From: Candidatus Moraniibacteriota bacterium
Lineage (GTDB): Bacteria; Patescibacteriota; Minisyncoccia; Moranbacterales; GCA-2747515
Direction: 5' to 3'
Length of the DNA: 41,822 bases
NCBI GenBank assembly: GCA_029938745.1
Contig: JAOZUJ010000002.1
Span: 1-41,822 of the forward strand
A model generated the notes under the pieces. The model searched no databases and was not told the origin of the DNA. It was given only the letters and a program-made list of their open reading frames with translations. This document shows, in pieces, positions 27,263 to 38,500 of this stretch. The position numbers and the translations under genes are program-made. Within the stretch, counting starts at the first letter, position 1; every line of letters begins with the position of its first letter.

Positions 27263-27300
27263 AATAGTCTACCGTACCTTTAAAGGTACGGTAGACTATT
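27263..27300. repeat. 38-nt perfect palindrome between the rpmB terminator and the VIT1-family gene
   Basis: AATAGTCTACCGTACCTTTAAAGGTACGGTAGACTATT equals its own reverse complement. It shares the GTACCTTT/AAAGGTAC arms with the palindrome at 11452-11483. Confidence 0.6.
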
Positions 27301-27307
27301 ACAAAAA

Positions 27308-27333
27308 ATATCCAGACACTAATGTCTAGATAT
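27308..27333 (-). terminator. Intrinsic terminator of rpmG-rpmB
   Basis: An 11-bp stem with one mismatch (ATATCCAGACA/TGTCTAGATAT) and a 4-nt loop. On the minus strand it is followed by TTTTTTG and lies 15 nt past the rpmB stop. Confidence 0.6.
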
Positions 27334-27347
27334 TTTTTATATTTAAG

Positions 27348-27581
27348 TTATTTCTTCACAATTTCCCTGAGGTCATATTGTTTTCCCTCTTTTTGCCATT
27401 TCTTCAATGTTCTTATTGCAGAAGTTGATAATCGCACCGTCATCTTTTCTCCCGTTGCAGGATTGATAAGATTTTTTTTCTGAAGATTCACTTTGAACTT
27501 TCGTTTCGTTTTCACTTGTGAGTGAGAAACTTTGTGTCCACTAGCAGAATTTTTTCCTGTAATTTGACATGTTCGAGACAT
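27348..27581 (-). CDS. rpmB: 50S ribosomal protein L28
   Basis: MSRTCQITGKNSASGHKVSHSQVKTKRKFKVNLQKK... matches the conserved L28 N-terminus. Confidence 0.9.
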   Translation of the reverse strand: MSRTCQITGKNSASGHKVSHSQVKTKRKFKVNLQKKNLINPATGEKMTVRLSTSAIRTLKKWQKEGKQYDLREIVKK

Positions 27582-27633
27582 AATTTTTGAATATTATAAT
27601 TAGAGATTTGCACTTTCAGAACAATCTACTGCT

Positions 27634-27810
27634 TTATGCTTTCTTTTCACGATAAATAGTATGCTTCTTGGCAATTGGATTGAATTTTTTCAATTCAATT
27701 TTGATGCCACGCAATTTTTTTGTATTTTTGTGTGACCAAATGATATGACCCTTTCCTTTCCCACTTTCATCACCAAGGGAAACTAATTTTATAAGATTAT
27801 CCTGAGACAT
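27634..27810 (-). CDS. rpmG: 50S ribosomal protein L33 (58 aa, not in the supplied ORF track)
   Basis: Hand translation: MSQDNLIKLVSLGDESGKGKGHIIWSHKNTKKLRGIKIELKKFNPIAKKHTIYREKKA. The block KN.K....K.EL.KF.P...KHT...E.K is the L33 signature. It has ATG and TAA and ends 52 nt upstream of rpmB. Confidence 0.8.
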   Translation of the reverse strand: MSQDNLIKLVSLGDESGKGKGHIIWSHKNTKKLRGIKIELKKFNPIAKKHTIYREKKA

Positions 27811-27875
27811 AAAAAAATATTAAACAAATACTAACAAGACACAGACATTTCACGTGTCTTTTATACGTAAACTCT

Positions 27876-27903
27876 AGTATACACGACTATAAAAATATTG
27901 CAA
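27876..27903 (-). promoter_or_regulatory. Candidate promoter for rpmG-rpmB
   Basis: The minus strand reads TTGCAA (27903-27898), a 16-nt spacer, then TATACT (27881-27876). A 7-bp hairpin AAGACAC/GTGTCTT (27836-27860) lies in the predicted leader. Confidence 0.35.
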
Positions 27904-27974
27904 GTGTTCTATTTCTCATCAACAATATCATCATTGCATATTAGTTACAAAAACATTTAAACTAATTAATAGAA

Positions 27975-30900
27975 CTATTTCATTTTCACATCACCTTTCA
28001 TTTTCACATCACCTCTTACTTTTATTTGTCTAGGATTTGGAGTTGTAGATGATGTTGTTGTGAAATTTTCTTCGGATCCATAACTTGTCCCTGCACTATT
28101 TGTTGCTTTTGCTCTGACAAAATATGGTGTATTTGGTGTAAGTCCCGTAAGAACACAAGAGTATGTACCAGCATCATCAATGCCAGCACTGCATTCATTT
28201 GTATATGTGCCACTTACTGTTCCCCATTCTATAAACCTCTCCGGATTTTCACCACCCGTATCTGTTACATTTCCATTTCCTGTCGCTGTAGTTGAATTGA
28301 TATTTGTTATTTGATCTGTTGATACCGTTGGAGCGCTTACTGTACAACCTAATCCAGCATCATTAATTGTCCAGCTGTAATTTGAAATAATATTTGCTCT
28401 CTGGGTTGCGCTAGCACAATAGCTTGCTGATGCATCTAAAGTTACTCCATTTTGCAGAGTTTGTGATTCCCAACCTATTAGTGTTGCGTCATAGCTTGCT
28501 GTTGAAAGATCTGAACCTATAAACATATTTGTCATATTTGTCACATTGTCTACGTGCCATGTACCTAAATTTTGATTGAATGCTGAAGCGGATCTAAACA
28601 TAGTGTCCATACGTGTGACGGATGATGTGTCCCATGAGCTTATGTCTTGGTTGAATGCTGAAGCATTGTAAAACATGCCATTCATACTTGTGACAGAGGA
28701 GGTGGCCCAGGAGCTGATGTCTTGGTTAAATAATGGGGTACTGCTAAACATACCCAGCATATTCGTAACGGAAGTTGTGGTCCATGAGCTTATATTTTGA
28801 TTGAATGCTGAAGCACTGCTAAACATACTGGACATATTTGTGACGGAGGATGTATCCCATAAACTTATATTTCCATTAAATGCAGATGCCGCGTTAAACA
28901 TTTGTGCCATATTTGTAACATTTCCCACTTGCCATGAATTCAGATCTTGATTGAATGTGGATGCATGACTAAACATATTAACCATATTTGTAACAGAAGA
29001 TGTATCCCAAGAATTTATATTTTGATTGAATGCTGAAGCGTAGTAAAACATACTGGACATATTTGTGACAGAGGTAGTGGTCCAAGAGGAGATGTCTTGG
29101 TTGAAAACTGTCGCATATTGAAACATGCCATACATATTTGTCACTGAATTTATGGACCAAGAACTTATATCTTGATTGAATGTGGATGCTCCAGAAAACA
29201 TACGGTCCATATATGTGACAGAAGATGTATCCCATGAACTTATATCTTGGTTAAATGCAGATGCATTGTGAAACATAGCTCCCATATATGTGACAGAAGA
29301 TGTATCCCATGAACTTATATTTCCATTAAATGCAGATGCCTCGTAAAATACTTGTGCCATACTCGTAACATTTCCCACTTGCCATGAATTCAAGTCTTGA
29401 TTGAATGTGGTTGCAAGCAAAAACATGCCAGGCATATATGTGACGGATGATGTGTCCCAGGAACCTATATCTTGATTGAATGCAGATGCACCATAAAACA
29501 TATATCTCATATCTGTGATAGAAGATGTATCCCATGAACCTATGTCTTGATTGAAAGCAATTGCATTATTAAACAGCCATGTCATATTCGTGACAGAAGA
29601 TGTGTCCCATGAGCTTATGTCCTCATTAAATACAGATGCAAAAGAAAACATATATGCCATAGTTGTAACAGAAGATAAATCAGGTACATCTGTAAAAGTT
29701 CCTGTCATGTTACTGCATCCTTGAAAAGCCCTATACATTGACGTCCAAATACCTGTTCCCCATTGATCTATTGAGAGAAGTTTTTCTCTGTCACCAGTAT
29801 TGTTAAAATAAATTTGAGGAAATCCAGTCTTAGCTCCCGTGTTATCTTTTATTCTTATTGTATATGTTCCTGCACTTGCGTAATTGCATGTATAATCTCC
29901 CGTTTGGGCCGCTGCCTCATCAATTCCATCATTATTACAATCAACATTATAATTATATCCACCTCCTGTTGTAGGAATTGTGAATTGCGTGTCTGATGAT
30001 GGACCTATATTATCTGTTTTTACTGTTATGACGAAATTATTGTGACTACAATCTAGTCCTGCGTCATTTATTATCCAAGAGTATATTGAAATAATATTTG
30101 CTCTCTGGGTTGCACTGTTACAATAATGTGCCGATGCATCTAGCGTGACATTATTTTGAAGTGATGGACGTGCATTCCAGCCTATGAGTGTCAAATCATA
30201 ATTTGCTATTGAAAGAGCTGAACCTATGAACATGCTTGCCATATCTATCACATTGTCCACATGCCATACACCCAGATCTTGATCGAATGCTGAGGTATTG
30301 CGAAACATAAATGACATATCTGTGACAGAGGAGGTGGTCCAGGAGCTTATGTCTTGATTGAATGCTGTGGCACTGTTAAACATACTGGACATATCTGTGA
30401 CGGAAGTGGTAGCCCAGGAGCTTATGTCTTGATTGAATGCTAGAGCAGCCTGAAACATATGTGACATATCTGTAACAGAGGAAGTGACCCAGGAGCTAAC
30501 GTCCCCATTGAATGCTGAGGCATAATAAAACATATATGACATATTTGTGACGGAAGAGGTGTCCCAAGTGCTGACGTCCCCGTTGAATACTGAGGCACGC
30601 CAAAACATACGATTCATATCTGTGACGGAAGAGGTGTCCCAAGTGCTGACGTCCCCGTTGAATACTGAAGCGTTGTGAAACATACCAGATATATCTGTAA
30701 CAGAAGACAAATCAGGCATATCTGCAAAATTACCAACCACATTATCACATCCATAAAAAGCTCTGTACATACTAGTCCAAATACCTGTACCCCACTGATT
30801 GATATCTAAAAGTTTTTCTCTATCTCCTATGTTATTAAAGTAAATCCTTGGAAATCCAGTTTTTGCTCCTATATTGTCTTTGATTCTTATTGTATACGTT

Positions 30901-32438
30901 CCTGCACTTCCATAATTACATGTGTAATCGCCTGTCTGAGCTGTTGCCTCGTCAGTTCCATCGTTATTACAATCTACATTATAATTATATCCGATTCCTG
31001 TTGTCGGAATTGTGAATTGCGTGTCTGATGAACTTCCTATGTTATCTGTTTTTACTGTTATGACAAAGTCTTTATGAGTACAATCTAAACCTGCATCAGT
31101 TATTGCCCAATTATACGTTGAGATCATATTAGCTCTCTGGGTTGTACTATCACAATAATGTGATGATGAGCGTAGCACTACATTATCTTTGAGTGCCTGT
31201 GATTCCCATCCTATCAGCAACGCATCATAATTTGCTGTCGAAAAATTAGTTGCATTATACAACATCTGACTTGCATGTGTTAAATTACTAACATCCCATG
31301 TACCTAAATTTTGATTGAAAGAAGTAGCCCCATAGAACATGCTATTTGCGTTTGTCAAAGAAGTCGTAGCCCATGAATTTAAAGGTTGATCAAACCTTGT
31401 TGCATTGTAGAACATAAGAGCCATATTTGTTACAGAAGAGGGTGTCCAGGAGTTTAGAGGTTGATTGAATACAGATGTATAACCAAACGTGCCAGTCATA
31501 GTTGTTACGGAAGATACGTCCCATGAACTTATGTCTTGATTAAATGCAGTTGTACTTTGGAACATCCCATCCATATTTATTAAAGAACCTGTATTCCATG
31601 AATTTATCGGCTGATTAAATACTGCTACTCCAAACATATATTGCATATCTGTTACGGAAGATGGCACCCAAGAGTTTAGAGATTGATTAAATGCAGTTGT
31701 CTGATAAAACATATATGCCATATTCGTTACAGAGGATACATCCCATGAATCTATACCACTATTAAAAGAAGTTGCTGCACGAAACATTTGTGACATATTT
31801 GTTACCGATGATGTATCCCAAGAATTTAAATTTTGATTGAACGACGTGGCACTATTGAACATATTCAGCATATTTGTTACAGAAGATACATCCCATGAAT
31901 CTATATCACTATTAAAAGAAGACGCCATTTGAAACATCCCACTCATACTTGTTACAGAAGACAAGTCAGGCGCATCTGAAAAGTTTCCTGTTAAATTTGG
32001 ACAGGATGTAAAAGCATTGGCCATGGAAGTCCAAATCCCCGTGCCCCACTGCTCAATTGTCATTAACTTCGATCGATCGGAACCAGCGTTAATGGCATAA
32101 AATCTCGGAAAACCAGTTTTTGCTCCTGAGTTATCCTTTATTCTTATTGTATATGTCCCTGCACTTGCATAATTACATGTGTAGCCCGCTGTTTGACCTG
32201 TTGCTTCATCTGAACCATCATTATCACAATCAACATTGTAGTTAATCCCAGTTCCCGCTGCCGGTATAATAAAACTTTGACTCCCTACTGGCACCTGCAC
32301 AGTTATCACAAAATCATCTAATGGTGCCGCCTGCACATCATCTACTGTTGCAAAAAATACAAACGACATCGCAAAAAACACCGCCATTAGCAATGGTATT
32401 TGTTTTTTGTTATAACTTTTTTTGAAAAAATTATTCAT
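27975..32438 (-). CDS. Secreted DUF285/BspA-type leucine-rich-repeat surface protein, three tandem modules plus a C-terminal FN3-like domain
   Basis: The ORF-track start at 32480 is GTG, so I prefer the ATG at 32438 ([37 protein letters not shown] is a signal peptide). Each module has an Ig-like head (FVITV...[13 protein letters not shown]...[16 protein letters not shown]) followed by [17 protein letters not shown] 25-aa repeats. The FN3-like region is about 28056-28340. Confidence 0.85.
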   Translation of the reverse strand: MNNFFKKSYNKKQIPLLMAVFFAMSFVFFATVDDVQAAPLDDFVITVQVPVGSQSFIIPAAGTGINYNVDCDNDGSDEATGQTAGYTCNYASAGTYTIRIKDNSGAKTGFPRFYAINAGSDRSKLMTIEQWGTGIWTSMANAFTSCPNLTGNFSDAPDLSSVTSMSGMFQMASSFNSDIDSWDVSSVTNMLNMFNSATSFNQNLNSWDTSSVTNMSQMFRAATSFNSGIDSWDVSSVTNMAYMFYQTTAFNQSLNSWVPSSVTDMQYMFGVAVFNQPINSWNTGSLINMDGMFQSTTAFNQDISSWDVSSVTTMTGTFGYTSVFNQPLNSWTPSSVTNMALMFYNATRFDQPLNSWATTSLTNANSMFYGATSFNQNLGTWDVSNLTHASQMLYNATNFSTANYDALLIGWESQALKDNVVLRSSSHYCDSTTQRANMISTYNWAITDAGLDCTHKDFVITVKTDNIGSSSDTQFTIPTTGIGYNYNVDCNNDGTDEATAQTGDYTCNYGSAGTYTIRIKDNIGAKTGFPRIYFNNIGDREKLLDINQWGTGIWTSMYRAFYGCDNVVGNFADMPDLSSVTDISGMFHNASVFNGDVSTWDTSSVTDMNRMFWRASVFNGDVSTWDTSSVTNMSYMFYYASAFNGDVSSWVTSSVTDMSHMFQAALAFNQDISSWATTSVTDMSSMFNSATAFNQDISSWTTSSVTDMSFMFRNTSAFDQDLGVWHVDNVIDMASMFIGSALSIANYDLTLIGWNARPSLQNNVTLDASAHYCNSATQRANIISIYSWIINDAGLDCSHNNFVITVKTDNIGPSSDTQFTIPTTGGGYNYNVDCNNDGIDEAAAQTGDYTCNYASAGTYTIRIKDNTGAKTGFPQIYFNNTGDREKLLSIDQWGTGIWTSMYRAFQGCSNMTGTFTDVPDLSSVTTMAYMFSFASVFNEDISSWDTSSVTNMTWLFNNAIAFNQDIGSWDTSSITDMRYMFYGASAFNQDIGSWDTSSVTYMPGMFLLATTFNQDLNSWQVGNVTSMAQVFYEASAFNGNISSWDTSSVTYMGAMFHNASAFNQDISSWDTSSVTYMDRMFSGASTFNQDISSWSINSVTNMYGMFQYATVFNQDISSWTTTSVTNMSSMFYYASAFNQNINSWDTSSVTNMVNMFSHASTFNQDLNSWQVGNVTNMAQMFNAASAFNGNISLWDTSSVTNMSSMFSSASAFNQNISSWTTTSVTNMLGMFSSTPLFNQDISSWATSSVTSMNGMFYNASAFNQDISSWDTSSVTRMDTMFRSASAFNQNLGTWHVDNVTNMTNMFIGSDLSTASYDATLIGWESQTLQNGVTLDASASYCASATQRANIISNYSWTINDAGLGCTVSAPTVSTDQITNINSTTATGNGNVTDTGGENPERFIEWGTVSGTYTNECSAGIDDAGTYSCVLTGLTPNTPYFVRAKATNSAGTSYGSEENFTTTSSTTPNPRQIKVRGDVKMKGDVKMK
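28521..29678 (-). repeat. In-frame 75-nt (25-aa) DUF285 repeat array, 15 copies (module 3)
   Basis: Hand count gives 15 FN(Q/G)(D/N)(I/L).SW...(S/N)VT.M..MF units here. There are 9 more at about 31266-31958 and 6 more at about 30246-30713. Confidence 0.8.
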
Positions 32439-32490
32439 TATTTTTTGTCTATATAAAACCAGATCAATGATACTACCCACATAATGATTA

Positions 32491-32528
32491 CAAGGTCCAG
32501 CCTTCGGATATCCGAAGGCTGGACCTTG
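32491..32528 (-). terminator. 38-nt perfect GC-rich palindrome, likely a terminator hairpin after the giant gene
   Basis: CAAGGTCCAGCCTTCGGATATCCGAAGGCTGGACCTTG equals its own reverse complement (19-bp stem). It lies 30 nt past the stop at 32559. No clear U-tract follows. Confidence 0.5.
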
Positions 32529-32558
32529 GTCATCCTACAACCATTTTTATCTCCCTTT

Positions 32559-35500
32559 TTAATTATTTGCTATTTTTTCAACAATCCACCAGTTTACTTT
32601 TACAGCTTTCTCTACAGTTCCCTCCAAATTGATTACAAATCCATCAAATTCATCATCTTCATCTTTCGATTTTTCTACCCAGCTTGTTGTGCCTGGATTA
32701 TTTTCAAATGTTGTAAATATTGTTGTGTTTTCACTTATTGCATCACTTTTGACAAACACACTTTTACCGTCATTTTTATTTTCATCACTTGTATCCTCCA
32801 CACATTCACTATCCACCAATACATAATTCACTGGGCAAATGCTTACCACACCAATTGTTTCATTTTTTCCACCTGCTATTGTCAATTTTTCTGTTTCAAT
32901 CTCCTGTGCAACTAATTTCACAGTATTCACAACTCCCTCAATTGTTAAGTCACCTTGATCATCTGTGTATACAAGTGTATCTGGATTTATAGAAATAAAG
33001 AAACTCATTAACTCTTCATGTGTTGTTTTTATATCAATCATTCTATTTTCTATGTCATTTATCAAATTTGCATTTACATTTGCTTTTTCTTGCACTGTTA
33101 ATATATTACTATCATTTTTTTGTACTTGTAGGGATAAGTTATTAACCTGGCCTGCGACATCAACAAACTGATTTTCAATATCGCCTAGATTTTCATCTAC
33201 TGACGTTTGTAATTGTTGTAAAGTATTTATGTTTGTATCTGTTTGTAATGATAAGTTTGATACGTTATTTGAGTTTGTTGTTATTAATTGATTTTGTTCT
33301 TTTATTGCTCCTGTAAGTAACGCTGTTATATTTCCATAAGATATTCCATATCCATATTCTTCACTTCCTACTACTACTTCTGGAATTATTTCCTTTACAT
33401 CTTGAGCTATAAAACCTATTTGTCTATTGCTATTTGGATTTGCTCTCCAATTAAAATATATATTTTCTAATGATAAAACTTTATCTAATGAACTCTCCAT
33501 CGGCGTTATGTGTGTTTTTAATCTTTTGTCCGATGAATGTACCCAGCCACTTGTCGTGTACGTTCCCGTTGTTGAACCGTTATAAACTTCTAGTCGTTCA
33601 GTTGGATTTGTTGTACCAATGCCAACATTACCACTTGGCTCAACTGTAAGTTTTGTACCAGCAATATACGTATATGTTCCACCACCTGATGATGAAAATC
33701 CTATTGTTGTTGTCATAAATGTGTCCGATGCAATTGTTGCAATTGTTCGTGTCTCCCCACCAACAGTAATTGTACTACCAACACTAAACGTAGAAGTAAA
33801 CTTTGTATTATACCCTGTTATATTTGTTGTAATTGGTATTAAAAACGATACAGTACCTGGTCCAGTTTCTACTGCTGAACTAGTCACATTAAGTCCTGAG
33901 CCTATTGTGTATGAGCTGGTAGCATTATCTATACCTGAGAAAAAATCATGTGCATTTCCATCAAATTGAATTGATGTATCTTGTGCCACTCCGGAACCAA
34001 TTACCATAGCTGATTCTGTTGCGCTCGTTGCACTTATGAGTAGTTCTCCAGCACTGTTAACTGAGAAATCTGTGTAATTTGAGCTATCATATGACAATCT
34101 CATTTTGTTATCAGTTCCAAAAATGCTTAGTTTTGCATTTGGTGTAGATGTTCCTATGCCAAGTCTATTGTTTGCATCATCCCAAAAGAAATTTGTATCA
34201 TCAGCACCTAGATCTCCTCCATTGTTAAATTGTATTGCTCCTGTGGATCCTGCTACTGCTGTAGAGCTATCAGATGAGAACAGTATTACACTTCCAAATT
34301 TTTTGTTATTTGTCCATGATGTTTCAGTTCCTGAACTTTCATTTGTAACACTCATTGTTACCCAGCTTCCATTATCAGTTACTGAATTTATGAGGTATAA
34401 ACCTGCTTCATTTTGATCATCCAATCTTTGTAAATATATTTGATCTCCACTCTTTAGTGAATTTAATATGTTACTTACTTCTGCATTACTACTTTCTTCT
34501 GAGAAATATATTTCTGTTACACTTGCAACAGTTGCATTATTTAATCTGAAATTTCCATTTCCTGGATCACCGCTTGTTGTTGAGTCCTTGAAGCTCCATT
34601 CAATTTGAAGACTTCCTCCTGTCCCATTATTTGTAAGTGATAGCCAATCAGTTCCGTTGTAACCTTCAAAGTCTGTGCCATTGTATCTTATTGAACCTGT
34701 GTTTGAATTTGTTGTTGTTCCTAAATTAATTGCACCAGCCACTTGCAATCTTTCATTTGGCACGACTGCACCTATCCCAATATTACCACTTGACACTGTT
34801 GTGCCAGTACCATCTATACCTGTCCCAAAAATGAGATTTCCCATTGAAAGTTGATTTGAGCCCGCTGCATTTTGTGCATCAATATCATAACCAATAATAA
34901 GATTATTTGACCCAGTATTAATATTTCCGCCTGCATCATAACCCAACAAAGTATTTGCACTTCCTGATGCATTTCGTCCTGCAAAGCTTCCTAATACAGT
35001 ATTATATGAGCCCGTTGAGCCTGCAGCTAATGCATATTGTCCAATTGCAGTATTATTATCTCCATCTATACCGTTCATCATTGCACGACTACCCATAGCT
35101 GTATTATTGATACCACTATTATTACCAACTAAAGCCATGCGTCCAAATGCGCTGTTATCATTTCCATCTGTATTATTTGCCAATGCACCATATCCACTTG
35201 CTGTATTTGCATATCCATCTAAATTATCTTGTAACGCAATTGAGCCAATGCCAACATTCCAATAACCCGTCGTATTTCTTTCTCCCGCATTATATCCGAT
35301 AAATACATTACGATTATCACTAAAATCATCAGCCTCGCCAGCATGATCACCAATAAATACAGAACCTCCTGAATTCATCACATTTAGTCGTGGACCATCC
35401 ATTGTGAAGTATTCTGTGCCACCAAGATCAAATCTGATAATATCTTCATTTGCATTTTTCTCTGTTTGAATACCTGTATCACCGTCTGTATCCCAGATTG

Positions 35501-38500
35501 CTGTCGGTACACTTCCAGTGGAATCTGTCTGCCACGTTAAATCCCCACTTCCGTTTGTTTTAAGAATTTGTCCATTCGTGCCATCTGTATTCGGAAGGGT
35601 GTAGGCACCAATTGTGAGAGCGTCTGTAAATCTTCCATCTCCATTTACATCTAATTTGTAATCTGGTGTTACTGTGCCAATGCCAACTTTGTGACTACTC
35701 GGACTAATGTACAAACTAGAATCCCAACCTGGTCCTGAATCTCCTGCCGTTAATACATACCCAACATTTCCAAGCGGTAATGCACTGAGAGTTCCTCCAT
35801 CATTGCCATACATCAAGTCTCCTGTGTTGTATGATGTTAGTCCCGTGCCTCCATACGCAACATCTATGATATTTCCTTGCCATGTACCATCTGTAACATA
35901 TCCAGATTCAGATATTTTGAAGTTCCCTGCGATATCAAATAAACTAGATGGAGTTGAAGTTCCAAGACCAAATCTTCCTTGACTATCTACTACAAGAATA
36001 GAAGAATATGTAAAATTCACTGATAGATCCTTTAAGATTGGTACTGATGAGCCATCAGTAGATGTGAAGTATACTTTGTACTGATACCAGTCGTCTCCAT
36101 CATGCGTTGAATTTATGTTCTCTCCTGCGCTAGTTGTGTAATAATCTCCTGTGCCTGTTGGACCGTACCAGGTTGCAGTTGAAAGTCCTGCTTCAGTTCC
36201 AGCTGACCGTAGTTGAATTTCTATATCTGTATTTGTTGGAATTGTTTCTGTCCATTCCACAGTTGTGTAAGTTTGAGCAGAGGCTGGGATATTGATGGCT
36301 TGAGAAGTAAAATCGCCGGAGGGTTTAATACTAATATCATTACTAAAGTAATACATAGAACTTTGTCCGCCTCCATTATGTCCACCTACCACTATATCAA
36401 TATCACCATCATTATCCACATCTGCAAGAGATGGTTTCGCATAATGCCCTACATCTACTGGCAACCAATCAGAACTCACATGTGTCCATGAAGGTGAACT
36501 AGCTGTTCCATCATTTCGGAAATAATAGACGACACCAGTGGTCTCTCCAACTGCCAGATCATAATCACCATCATTATCTATATCAACAAAAAATGGAGCT
36601 GCCTCTAGCCCAACATCAACTGGTAGCCAATTAGAACTCACATGTGTCCATGAAGGTGAACTAGCTGTTCCATCATTTCGGAAATAATCAACATATCCAT
36701 CCCAATTTCCAACAGCCAAATCATAATCGCCATCATTATCTATATCTGCAAGAGTCGGAAACATACTATTCGCTCTGACTGGCACCCAATCAGAGCTCGC
36801 ATGTGTCCATGAGGGTGAACTAGCTGTTCCATCATTTCGGAAATAATTAATTCTATTTTGATCACTCCCTACAACCAAATCATAATCACCATCATTATCC
36901 ATATCTGCAAATGCTGGTGACGCATTAGGACCTCCGCCATTTGGAGAGACTCGAACAGGTAACCAATCAGAGCTCACATGTGTCCAAAATGGAGAACTGG
37001 CAGTACCATCATTGCGAAAATATTCAATACGACCTGTACAATCCCCAACTGCCAAATCGTAATCACCATCATTGTCTATATCTGAAAAAGCTGGTTGTCC
37101 ATTCCATGCACACACACTAACTGGTAACCAATCAGAACTCTCGTGATTCCAATCCGGATTTCCTGGATCACCACCAAGAACAATTTCCGCATTCTTTCCT
37201 GTGTATTGTACATTTGTATCTGATGTTGTTCCTGCATTAAAATCATCATCAGTTGTATCTGTTCTCGATGATGTGTTATTAGCAGATGCATTTATATTAA
37301 AATTACCTGCAATTGAAAGAGTTGATGTTGGTACATCCGTCCCAATTCCTACATTACCTGTGTTGAAATAAATATCTGATCCATCTTCTGTCCATGGAGT
37401 TACAACACTTGTATCTGAACATTCCCAACTTGTACCATCCCATTGTGCGATATTTCCATTTGCACATGTGAGATCTCCTAGTGTGTCATTATCATCTCCA
37501 AACTCTAATCCATCGCCTGCTGCATTTACTTTTACAAATTGATTTGCTGTGTAACTTCCTGGCGTATCTGATAACCCTAGAAATGTTGTTACTCCACCAC
37601 TAGCAACTGAATCAACATACTCTTTTGTTGTAAGAGCAGTATTTCCTCTACTGTTAATTTCTGCAATGCTGAATTGTGGTGCTAGGATGCTTCCATCTGT
37701 ATATATTTCAAATGCATTTGCTCTATTTGCATTGTCTACTCCTATACCTGTTTCATGAATTGTGTCTGAAGATGTTCCAAGATTATACAAACCTGCTGAA
37801 TGTTGATTAGCATTTTGTGCAATTGTATAAGCACCCTCAGCGTGAGAAGATTGTCCCGACGCTGTTGACTCATAACCCTCAGCGTGAGAGCCATATTGAC
37901 CTGATGCTTCTGTGACAAATCCTTCAGCATGTGAACCCCAATAGCCTGATGCGAGAGTCCATCTACCTTCAGCATGTGCAGACTCATTTGTTGCTCTCGA
38001 TGATAATCCCTCAGCATGTGAATAATGTCCTGATGCTGTTGTATGATCACCTTCTGCATGTGATCTATTGCCTGATGCTGTTGTATGACTTCCTTCAGCA
38101 TGAGCAGATGCTCCTGATGCTGTTGTAGTATAGCCTTCAGTATGTGACCCCCATTGACCTGATGATATTGTAGCTTCACCCTCTGCATGTGAAGCTCTCC
38201 CCGATGCTATATTACCAGCACCTTCGGCATGTGTGTAATAATCTGATGCTGTATTATTATATCCTTCTACAAACGAATAAGTACCTGTGGCACCTCTCGT
38301 TGTGCTGGCACTACTACTGTATGAAAAATCAACAGCATTAACACCAATATTGCCATAATCTAATGGATTTCTACCTATTAATCTCCAACCCGTACCACTG
38401 CCCTCATCAAGTGTTTCAAGTCCTGTTGCTATCAGCAATGTTGGATCAGTATCACAAACTAATCCATTTGCAGTTGTGTATGTACAAATTCTTCCATCTG

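Noticed and set aside
27978-28022. An RGD tripeptide in the C-terminal tail [15 protein letters not shown] of the BspA-type protein, as a possible integrin-binding motif.
   Set aside because: A tripeptide in a short basic tail is expected by chance, and there is no eukaryotic-host context. Only the 18-nt direct repeat is noted.
28341-31958. CRISPR-like regular periodicity (75-nt repeats).
   Set aside because: The repeats are in frame within a long ORF, are degenerate, and are contiguous without unique spacers. They encode the 25-aa DUF285 unit.
37742-38188. A 148-aa alternative-frame ORF (and 37931-38128 on the plus strand) with its own Q/H-rich periodicity.
   Set aside because: It lies entirely within the HAEG tandem repeats of the giant gene. 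The periodic DNA keeps other frames open by chance, and there is no independent evidence for it.
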